From NCBI GenBank assembly GCA_963755025.1, contig CAVWIH010000013.1, positions 1 through 64,000 on the forward strand: a DNA stretch of 64,000 bases, in the 5' to 3' direction. Every line of letters starts with the position of its first letter. Positions within the stretch are counted from its first letter, which is position 1. Of this stretch, positions 1 through 7,926 are shown piece by piece. The notes beneath the pieces are model-generated. The model did not search any database. It was not told the DNA's origin and saw nothing but the letters and a program-made list of their open reading frames with translations. The stretch comes from an uncultured Actinomycetes bacterium. GTDB taxonomy: Bacteria > Actinomycetota > Thermoleophilia > UBA2241. A program made the position numbers and the translations under genes.

Positions 1-11
1 GCTGGCTCGGC

Positions 12-2015
12 TTGAGCCTGTTTCTGGTCTTGATCCTCGCCATCGCTCTCGTCGCGGCGCTTGGGGTGGCGGTCCTCTACCTGGCGCGCGGCACCCCAGC
101 CTTGGCGAGCCTTCTCAAGGCCGTACCCGCGCAGACGACCGTCATCTACGACAGCGCCGGCAAGCCCATCGCTGAGCTGCACGGCGCCGTCAATCGGGTC
201 ATCGTGCCGAGCTCGCGGCTGCCGCTCTCGTTAAAAGAGGCGACGGTCGCCGTCGAGGACAAGCGCTTCTACTCGGACTTCCACGGCATCGATTTGTCGG
301 GAATAGCAAGGGCGGCGCTTGCCGATCTCAAGGCGGGCAGCACGGTGCAGGGTGCCAGCACGATCACCGAGCAGTATGTCAAGAACGCCTATCTTGGTGG
401 CTACGACGGCAACCTCACGCTGAAGCTGCGCGAGGCGATCCTGGCCTGGGAGCTGACCGACCGCTGGTCGAAGGACCGCATCTTGACGGCTTACCTGAAC
501 ACCGTCTACTACGGCGACGGGGCCTACGGGGTGGAGGCGGCCGCCGAGACCTACTACCACAAAAGCGCCTCGCAACTCACGATGGTGCAGAGCGCCTTGC
601 TGGCCGGCCTGCCGCAGGACCCCAGCGGCTATTCGCCGGTCTACGATCCCGCCGCGGCGCTGGCGCGGCGCAAGGTTGTCCTGAGCGACATGGCAAGCCA
701 GGGCTACATCACCCCAGCCCAAGAGCGGCGCGCCCTGAAAAGCAGGCTGAACGTACATGACACGACACCTGCCGGCATGTCGCCCGCGGCGGCCTACTTC
801 GTCGACTACACAGAGCAGCAACTCGTCGCCCACTTTGGCGCCCGAGAGGTCTTCGAGGGTGGCTTGCGCGTTTACACGAGTCTCGATTCGACCTGGCAGA
901 ACGACGCACTGCGGGTCGTAAAGAGCACCGTCACGCCGCTGGACTTCGGCTTCAAGCCGTCGGCCGCCATGGTGGCCATCGACCCCGCCAATGGCTACAT
1001 CCGCGCCATGGTCGGCGGCCTCGACTTCGCCAGGCAGCAGTTCAACCTCGCCTCGCAGGCGCGGCGTCAGCCGGGATCTGCGATGAAACCCTTCGTGCTG
1101 GCCGCGGCCGTCGAGCGTGGCATGGACCCCTTCACCACCTACTACTCTTCGCAGAGCCCGGTGACCATCCCCATGGGGCCGTTCGCCGCGCCCTGGGTGG
1201 TCCACGGCGACGGCCCGGGCGGGCCCGAGACGGTCGCTCAGGCCATGACGATCTCAGACAACGCCGTCTTTGCCCGCCTCTCGGTCGATGTCGGGCCGGA
1301 GAACACCGTCAGGGTCGCGCACGCCATGGGCATCACCAGCCCGCTTGCGGCGGTGCCTTCGATCACCCTCGGCACCTCGTCGGTCACGCCGCTCGAGATG
1401 GCCGACGCCTACGCCACCTTGGCCGACGGCGGCATCCATCACTCACCGCAGGCGGTGGTCAGAGTCGTGGCCGCCGACGGCAAGCTGCTCTGGCGACCGT
1501 CGACTGTCGGCGACCGCGCCATTGCGGCCGGCGTGGCATCGACCGTCACGCAGGTCCTCGAGCAGGTGGCCAGCCGGGGTACTGGCTCCACCACTGCGGC
1601 GGCTTTTCCCTACCCACGCGCCGGCAAGACCGGCACCACCGAGAACAGCTGGGACGTCTGGTACGTCGGCTACACGCCGCAACTTGCCACCAGCGTCTGG
1701 ATGGGGGACATGGCGGCGAACCTGCCGATGAACGGCGCCTTCGGCGAGTACTACTGTGCGCCGATGTGGGCGCAGTTCACGGCGGCCGCTCTGGCTGACG
1801 ACGCACACCCCGACTTTCCCGTCGTCAGCTGGGGCTTCACGCCCTGGCACGGCGCTCATGCCACCGCATCGCCTCTGCCGAGTCCTTCGCCGTCGATGAG
1901 CGCTTCGACGAAGCCGTCGCCCACCCCGACCGCCACGATAACGGCCGCTCCGCCGACGCCGACGGTGACACCGTCGCCGAAGCCCACGACGAGCACGACG
2001 GCTCTGCCGCAGTAG
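12..2015 (+). CDS. class A penicillin-binding protein (transglycosylase-transpeptidase); true start may lie before the window
   Basis: EDKRF and GASTITEQYVKN transglycosylase motifs; SAMK, SDN, KTG transpeptidase motifs; Pro/Thr-rich tail. Confidence 0.93.
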   Translation: MSLFLVLILAIALVAALGVAVLYLARGTPALASLLKAVPAQTTVIYDSAGKPIAELHGAVNRVIVPSSRLPLSLKEATVAVEDKRFYSDFHGIDLSGIARAALADLKAGSTVQGASTITEQYVKNAYLGGYDGNLTLKLREAILAWELTDRWSKDRILTAYLNTVYYGDGAYGVEAAAETYYHKSASQLTMVQSALLAGLPQDPSGYSPVYDPAAALARRKVVLSDMASQGYITPAQERRALKSRLNVHDTTPAGMSPAAAYFVDYTEQQLVAHFGAREVFEGGLRVYTSLDSTWQNDALRVVKSTVTPLDFGFKPSAAMVAIDPANGYIRAMVGGLDFARQQFNLASQARRQPGSAMKPFVLAAAVERGMDPFTTYYSSQSPVTIPMGPFAAPWVVHGDGPGGPETVAQAMTISDNAVFARLSVDVGPENTVRVAHAMGITSPLAAVPSITLGTSSVTPLEMADAYATLADGGIHHSPQAVVRVVAADGKLLWRPSTVGDRAIAAGVASTVTQVLEQVASRGTGSTTAAAFPYPRAGKTGTTENSWDVWYVGYTPQLATSVWMGDMAANLPMNGAFGEYYCAPMWAQFTAAALADDAHPDFPVVSWGFTPWHGAHATASPLPSPSPSMSASTKPSPTPTATITAAPPTPTVTPSPKPTTSTTALPQ

Positions 2016-2083
2016 TGCCGCCAGGAACGAATGGGGAGCCCGAAACGCCGGAACCGTACACAAGTCACACAGGCTGTTGCCCG

Positions 2084-2190
2084 GATTGCCGACGAGACGC
2101 ATCGCCACGACCCGACACAGCTAGATACGCGCGAGCACCCGTGCCCGCCAGAACCTTGGACCGTGCAGCATGATCACGCACGGCCGACCA
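2084..2190 (+). repeat. att-arm region homologous to 61366-61480
   Basis: gccgacgagacgcatcgccacgacccgacac...ccagaaccttggaccgtgcagca aligns with gccgacaagacgcatcgtcacagcccggcac...ccagaaccctggactatgcagca. Confidence 0.85.
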
Positions 2191-2210
2191 CTGCCCGTCA
2201 CGCCTTCGCT

Positions 2211-2259
2211 AGGTTTCCTAAACCTGGTGTCGCTGGTTCGATTCCAGCCGGGGGCGCCA
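2211..2259 (+). pseudogene. 3' half of tRNA-Arg(CCT), att-site remnant
   Basis: anticodon arm aggt-ttcctaa-acct, T-arm gctgg-ttcgatt-ccagc, CCA end; no D-arm or 5' acceptor strand upstream. Confidence 0.85.
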
Positions 2260-2307
2260 GGTCATTTTAGCCTGCAAATGGGTCATTGGGCAGGAGCAAT
2301 CGTCTCC

Positions 2308-2329
2308 GTTTGTCCTCCGTTTGTACTCC
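2308..2329 (+). repeat. putative integrase arm-type sites, left end of element 1
   Basis: tandem 11-bp-period gtttgtcctcc-gtttgtactcc, matching 38877-38898. Confidence 0.75.
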
Positions 2330-2544
2330 GTCCGCAGCGCAGTTGCGTCGCAGATAGGCGCGGGAACAGTCTGTCTTGCCTTCCGTTGGCCGATACTATC
2401 TGCGGGGCTTGTCGGACCTTTGACGGTTTGAGGGGGTAGGGCTAGCGGCCGCGAATACGCGACAAGCGTTGCAGATGGGCTCGCTGGAGGACCTTCGGTC
2501 GGCTTGGGTGATTCAGAGACGACTCATGGTCCCAATTGCATGAC

Positions 2545-2754
2545 TCATAGCATGCCAAGATGCCGCATGGAGTCTTCAATGATGGGCTGCCATCTCTGAG
2601 GACACGGTTCGACGCGCCGTGCGGGAGATTGACGATTGTGTGCCACGCGAGGTCTCTGGCCGGTCAGCTCTTTAACATGCGCGATCCAACAGGTTTTGAC
2701 CGTCTTCCCATAGCGCACGCGAATGTCGTCCTGAATCTGTCGATATGTCGCCAT
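2545..2754 (-). CDS. 69-aa protein resembling the C-terminal extension of some RumA/TrmA RNA methyltransferases
   Basis: ATYRQIQ...YGKTVKTCWIAHVK...CP...IEDSMRHLGML pattern (recalled similarity). Confidence 0.65.
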   Translation of the reverse strand: MATYRQIQDDIRVRYGKTVKTCWIAHVKELTGQRPRVAHNRQSPARRVEPCPQRWQPIIEDSMRHLGML

Positions 2755-2792
2755 GACCCCTACTTGTCGCGGCTTGTGAGCGCGATCCGACT

Positions 2793-3530
2793 CTACTTCC
2801 TCGTCTGAGAACGCAGAGACTGGATTGAGTCGATCAAGCGGTCCGCGTATTCGTTCGCCGCCGACTTCACCCACTGCGGCCTCACAATGCGCCACCAGAA
2901 CCACCCGTCAATGATTGAGATACCCAGGCAGATGATCCACCGGGAGAACCAGGATGCTTCCGGCCATTTCGTGGCGAGACTGGCAATCGCTGTCGCAGCC
3001 GTCACAACGGCAATGACCAGTGCGACGCGGCGAAGCCCCAGCGCATTGCGCCGGAACCCGTAGTCGATATTCTCGGCGAATACGAGCGGGAAGGCGTCGT
3101 GATTTCGGGTGAGCTGCCTCAGTGTGCGGACAGCACGCTCGTACACTGCATCGGCTGCCTCCGGATGCGACAATTCGTCGGCGTCATTCGGCAGCACGTC
3201 GGTGATTAACGGCTGAAGATCTCTGTGTACTGCAGCCACCGCTGTGGTATCACTCGCATCACGCCAGCGAAGACGTTGCAGTGCAGGATTCCCGCCCCAC
3301 TCCAACCAGAGTTCGCTCTGGAGCTTCTTCCCTGCGTCTCTAACGACAGCACAGGCCGCGATTCCTGCGCAGCCGAGGACGAACGTCACAACCTGACCTT
3401 TGACTACGGACGAGAAGCCTCCCACAACCAGCAGAGCAATCGCGGGACCCGCCGCCAACACGGCGGGCGCAAGCCGAGCTTCAAGTACGTATCGATCGAA
3501 GATGCGCCTAGTCCTCGTCCGACTCGTCAA
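2793..3530 (-). CDS. four-TM conserved hypothetical membrane protein (start uncertain, TTG 3530 or 3581)
   Basis: two hydrophobic helix pairs; WGG-P and FAENIDYGFRRN blocks; overlaps the MBL gene end. Confidence 0.75.
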   Translation of the reverse strand: MTSRTRTRRIFDRYVLEARLAPAVLAAGPAIALLVVGGFSSVVKGQVVTFVLGCAGIAACAVVRDAGKKLQSELWLEWGGNPALQRLRWRDASDTTAVAAVHRDLQPLITDVLPNDADELSHPEAADAVYERAVRTLRQLTRNHDAFPLVFAENIDYGFRRNALGLRRVALVIAVVTAATAIASLATKWPEASWFSRWIICLGISIIDGWFWWRIVRPQWVKSAANEYADRLIDSIQSLRSQTRK

Positions 3531-4533
3531 GGGGTTCCATCGGAGTCGCGGGGCTGTAGCCAGGACGCTGAGCCGCGCCAAGACCGTGGTGAAGCTTCAC
3601 GCTGCCGGCCGTCTGGTGTACGTAGCAACCCCGCCGCATGAAGGCATTCACGACCCTTGGTGAGGGATGCTTCGGTGCGTCTTTGGTGACGCTGACGAAG
3701 GCAGTCCTGATCTTCTCCTGTCCCGGACCTCCGAGGAGTCGGTTCAACAAATCGGAGCTGACGTTGTGACGGCTTCCGTGGTGGGGTATCTGGATGAAGT
3801 TTGGCGGGCTAGTGTCACGCCCGCTCAATTCGAGGAATGTCCACGCCCTGTCGAGGGCTGGAACACCGGCATCGCCCGTCAGCAGCCATCTATTTTCGTT
3901 TCCGAGATCGACGAATGTGATGACTCCGGTATTGTTCCTTGGGCTGGTCCCGCCATCATCATCGAATGGGATCTCAATGGGGAGTTTGGTCAGGATTCGT
4001 TGACCGAGCATCTTCGCTGCTTCGGCAAGGCCAATACCCTGTTTCCGAGCGCGTCGACCAGAGTCTTCAACGGCCACCTGCTCAGCAACCAACGACTCGT
4101 ACCATTCCTCATCGGGACCGAGAATCGTGACAGCACCGCCGAAACCATTAGTTCCGGCGAATGGCTCAACCACCGACGTGCCGAGTTCGCTGGCCAAAGC
4201 GACGAGTTCGTCGACCGCCTTGGCCGCGGGAAGACTGGCTCCGCCATGAGCACCGAGTTGGTGTATGCAGAGCGTGCTCACCTCAAGGTTCCGGAGCACA
4301 TGTCCCATCCCACCAATATGGTCACCGTCGGGGTGGGTCACGATGGCCACGTCCACGGTGTCGACGCCATACTGCTCACGAAAATGATCGACGACAGCCT
4401 CACCAGTATCTTGGAAGCCGGCGTCAACAATGATGTGCACACGCTCGCTACCATTAGGCTGGTCGAATCGAGCCATGATTGCATCGCCGGATTGTCCAGC
4501 TTCTCCAACGGGAAGAAAATCGAGCTCGAACAT
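3508..4533 (-). CDS. ComEC/Rec2-like MBL-fold metallo-hydrolase
   Basis: THPDGDHIGG (HxDxDH), LLTGDAG, QIPHHGS, KHP motifs. Confidence 0.9.
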   Translation of the reverse strand: MFELDFLPVGEAGQSGDAIMARFDQPNGSERVHIIVDAGFQDTGEAVVDHFREQYGVDTVDVAIVTHPDGDHIGGMGHVLRNLEVSTLCIHQLGAHGGASLPAAKAVDELVALASELGTSVVEPFAGTNGFGGAVTILGPDEEWYESLVAEQVAVEDSGRRARKQGIGLAEAAKMLGQRILTKLPIEIPFDDDGGTSPRNNTGVITFVDLGNENRWLLTGDAGVPALDRAWTFLELSGRDTSPPNFIQIPHHGSRHNVSSDLLNRLLGGPGQEKIRTAFVSVTKDAPKHPSPRVVNAFMRRGCYVHQTAGSVKLHHGLGAAQRPGYSPATPMEPLDESDED

Positions 4534-4987
4534 CCCTGCCCCCCTGGTGAAGAGTTCCTAGTCGCGAGCTTATCCTGAACCAATAGGCTGGGAAAGAGCG
4601 GTGCAACTTTGTTATCGGAAGAGCGCGAGGCGGCTGAGCCTCAATAGGTTAGGTGCCAGCTGGTGTAGCCTCCACCAGTGCCTAGCACGCGGTCACATTC
4701 GCGCTCATCTTTAGCGACAGCCTCGTAACCGACCTCATCCGCGGTAGCGGCGCCGTCTGAGGCAGCGGCATTATCTTGCGCCTGAAGAACTTCGGGTCGG
4801 ACTACTTGTGCGTACAGTCCCGCTCGACCTCCTCGCGGCGCCTTCGCGAGTTCGACCCGCTGAGTTTCGGCTAGCCCGCTCGCAGTTCTAAAGCACCGTT
4901 GCCGCTCTGATCTCGTCGTTGCGACTTCTAAAGTAGCGGCAATCCCCGCGTGGAGACCTCGCATTGGGCGTACCGCTTGGCTCGGTC

Positions 4988-6316
4988 TCAGGTCCCGTCG
5001 ACGATCGCCGCGAGCCGCTCGGCAGCACCCACATGCAGCGACGGCGTGGTGTGGGAGTAGATGTCCAGCGTCTGGGAGATCGTCGCGTGTCCGAGGCGCT
5101 CCTGGACCACCTTGGCGTGGACGCCGGCGGCCAGCAGGAGCGTGGCGCAGGTGTGCCGCAGGTCGTGGAGGCGGATGCGAGGCAGGGTTGTGGCGGCCAC
5201 CGCCTCGCGGAATCGTTTGGTCACAAAGCCGGGATGCAGAGCCTCGCCGTCCTCGCGCGTAAAGACGTAGTCGCTGTCCACCCAGGCCGGGCCCCAGGCG
5301 AGCCGCTCGGCAGCCTGTTGAGCCTTCCAGGTCCGCAGCGTCGCGAGAGTCACGGCGTCCAGAGGCACGGCCCGTCGGCCGGTGCGCGTCTTGGGCGGGT
5401 GCTCGAGCACGTGGGCGCCGGCGATGACGCGCGACCGCTGGATCGAGACACGGGCTCCCGCGAAATCGACGTCCGCCCACTTCAGCCCCAAAGCCTCGCC
5501 ACGCCTCATGCCGGTCATGGCATACCAGCGCCACAGGGCATGGAGGCGATCCTCGTGAGTCGCGTCTAGAAACGTGCGCAGCTGCTCGGCCGACCAGGTG
5601 TGCAGCTCCCTGGTGTCGTGACGCTGGGGCGCAGTCGCGCGCGTCGTGGGGTTCACCGCGAGCAGCCCTTGGGCGACAGCGGCGTTGAGCGCCGTCACCA
5701 GGGTCACGTAGATGTGCCGCCGGGTGCCCTCAGCGAGTGGCTTGGGCGCCAGTCCAGTCGACTCTGCGGCCTCCGGGACGTCGCTGACCTCTGGCCGCTT
5801 CTTCGCCCCGCGTCGCGGCCTGCGCGGCTTTCGTGGCTCGCTGCGCAACGCCGCATTGAAGGCGTTGATGGCGGTGGGGGAGAGCCTGCGTAGTGGCACG
5901 TCCCCGAGCAGCGGTATGAGATGGCGCTCCACGTGGGCGCGGTAGGAGATCAGCGTCGTGGCTCGCACAGACTCCTCGATGCTCGGCAGCCAATGCGCTG
6001 TGAGGTACTCGCCCACGGTGAGCTTGTCGGGCTCGACGAAGATGCCATCGAGCTCGGCGTTGAGCTGCCTCGTGAGCGCCTCGGCTGCTGCCTTCTTTGT
6101 GCGGAAGCGTTCCGGCAGGATGACCTGCCGGCGCGCCGTGATGTCGGTAAGCGGGCCGCCGCAGGTCGGGCAGGTCTCAAGGCGACCGCGGTCGCTCCAG
6201 TAACGCGGGCCACGACCGCGAGCATCGACGCAGATCGGGCAACGTTGCGCCGGCTGCTCGCCGAGCTCCAGCATTACCTCCCAGAGGCTGCCGCGCTTGC
6301 GTGCGTGACCGTTCAG
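4988..6316 (-). CDS. tyrosine integrase of element 1 (ATG 6274; homology extends to CTG 6316)
   Basis: TGMRRGEALGL, HDLRH, RLGH, DIYSH catalytic motifs; N-terminal CxxC..CxxC. Confidence 0.95.
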   Translation of the reverse strand: MNGHARKRGSLWEVMLELGEQPAQRCPICVDARGRGPRYWSDRGRLETCPTCGGPLTDITARRQVILPERFRTKKAAAEALTRQLNAELDGIFVEPDKLTVGEYLTAHWLPSIEESVRATTLISYRAHVERHLIPLLGDVPLRRLSPTAINAFNAALRSEPRKPRRPRRGAKKRPEVSDVPEAAESTGLAPKPLAEGTRRHIYVTLVTALNAAVAQGLLAVNPTTRATAPQRHDTRELHTWSAEQLRTFLDATHEDRLHALWRWYAMTGMRRGEALGLKWADVDFAGARVSIQRSRVIAGAHVLEHPPKTRTGRRAVPLDAVTLATLRTWKAQQAAERLAWGPAWVDSDYVFTREDGEALHPGFVTKRFREAVAATTLPRIRLHDLRHTCATLLLAAGVHAKVVQERLGHATISQTLDIYSHTTPSLHVGAAERLAAIVDGT

Positions 6317-6967
6317 GTCGAGCCCTTTAGATGCGGCTGGTCGCCAGGCGACACGACGCCGCCGGGCTTGCGCTTCTCGGTCGGCCCGAGCAGGCCGATC
6401 TTGGGATCGCGGCAGCGCATGACGAGCTTGGCGACCGTGTCGCGGCTCAAACCAAGCTCGGTCGCTACATCCTTCGTTGGCGAACTACTTCCCCGCGCGA
6501 ACGCCCTGCGGTAATGCATCGCCACGTCTTCTAAGTCGGCTCGCGTGTACCTGGCGTGGCGGCCGACCTTGTGCTCCGGTGGGTTCATGAGCGCAGCCAT
6601 GCGTTCGTCGATCAGCGCCAGGATGCGGGCGTCATCGGGATCGACGACGACCTTGGCGCCGGCGGTGGAATCGGCGGCAACCTTGGCGCCGGGCGCAGGA
6701 AGGGTGCCTCCACCACTTCGCGCGCCCGGCGAGCGACTCTGCCTGTTCGCGACGCGCCATGGTCAAGACACTGGCGAACGGCAACTCCCTCACTGTGCCG
6801 GCACGAAGCGGCATCGGCGCGTCGTCTTCGGCTGGGCGGATGTCCATGCCGACGCACTCCAGGCGGCCTTCGATCTCGACCATGAGGAACGACACATACC
6901 ACCAGGGCCCGTCGTCGCGGGAGCGCCAGCGGCTTCCTACCCAGTGTGCTTCATCTTCCAGTCTCAT
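6313..6967 (-). CDS. putative regulator with C-terminal HTH (DUF6214-like), split by a frameshift
   Basis: ORFs 6632-7003 and 6313-6600 read as halves of one gene; PTKDVATELGLSRDTVAKLV HTH; coupled to integrase. Confidence 0.6.
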
Positions 6968-7103
6968 GGCGGCCACGGTACACGAACGGCAAAGAACAGT
7001 CAAGTGGTCTGTTCTTCGTCCTGACGCTATAAGGCATAGACAACAGTCTTGCCGAGTCTGTGCGCTAAGAATACCATTGCCCTACCGACGGAGCGGAGGG
7101 CAC

Positions 7104-7340
7104 ATGAATACGACACAGGCTTTGGAGTTGACGGAGGCGCGTCGGCTGCTGCAGACCGGCGAAGCACGGCGGATCCGCGAGGCGGCCGGCCTGTCGTTGC
7201 AGGAAGTGGGTGAGGTCGTCGGCACGTCGAGCGCGGCGCTGTCGCGCTGGGAGACCGGCCAGCGGCGGCCCACCGGCCGCGCTGCCTTGCGCTATGCACG
7301 GTTGCTCGCGCGGCTGTCGAGCTCGGGAGGGACGCCATGA
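7104..7340 (+). CDS. XRE-family HTH regulator
   Basis: IREAAGLSLQEVGEVVGTSSAALSRWETG; ggaggg RBS. Confidence 0.88.
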   Translation: MNTTQALELTEARRLLQTGEARRIREAAGLSLQEVGEVVGTSSAALSRWETGQRRPTGRAALRYARLLARLSSSGGTP

Positions 7341-7543
7341 AGGTCAAATCGGATCCACTCACCGAGGAGGAACTGCGGCGTCGGCATACAGTCACCGTTG
7401 CCGAGTACTCGCAGATCTTCTCGGTCTCCGAAGATCTCATCTACGAAGGCTGCGCCAGCGGCCAGATTCGCCACCTCCGTCTCGGGAAGCGCATCGTCTT
7501 TGCTGTGGCGCCCATCCTCGCCGAACTCGGATACGAACGTTGA
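7337..7543 (+). CDS. excisionase-like HTH protein
   Basis: VTVAEYSQIFSVSEDLIY...IRHLRLGKRI; ATGA overlap. Confidence 0.8.
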   Translation: MKVKSDPLTEEELRRRHTVTVAEYSQIFSVSEDLIYEGCASGQIRHLRLGKRIVFAVAPILAELGYER

Positions 7544-7659
7544 GCGGCCCGCGAAGCACTGCCACTCAGCAGAAAGTCCGGTCCATCGCCGGCTATGCAC
7601 TTCCCTGCGCCGGAACACTCGAGGGCGACCTGCGTCTCGCTAACGACGATCTCTCTGCC

Positions 7660-7926
7660 ATGAGCGACCTCGATCTCCACGACGAGGGGATGGCAGCGCG
7701 CCATGCTCTTCTCCATCTCTCGCGCAGAGGCGACCGCCTGCTGCGTTGCTACCCGCGGCCTATGAGCGTCGGAGACTGGCTCAGGGCACGGATCGCCGCG
7801 ATCAGCGAGCGACTGAGCGAGGTCGACCGTAGCCTCGGACCCTCTCGCGCGACGCACGTCGTTGGCTCATTCGCCGGCGAGTCGGAGCCCGACCTTTCCG
7901 GCGTCGCGGCAGGTGGCTCATTGTGA
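7660..7926 (+). CDS. hypothetical protein (start uncertain)
   Basis: ORF coupled to the primase by a GTGA overlap. Confidence 0.45.
   Translation: MSDLDLHDEGMAARHALLHLSRRGDRLLRCYPRPMSVGDWLRARIAAISERLSEVDRSLGPSRATHVVGSFAGESEPDLSGVAAGGSL

Noticed and set aside
2170-2259. intact tRNA-Arg gene
   Set aside because: No D-arm or 5' acceptor strand; only the 3' half is present. The same applies to tRNA-Cys at 61506.
4641-4964. ORF tail between integrase 1 and the MBL gene
   Set aside because: No recognisable motif or clear start.
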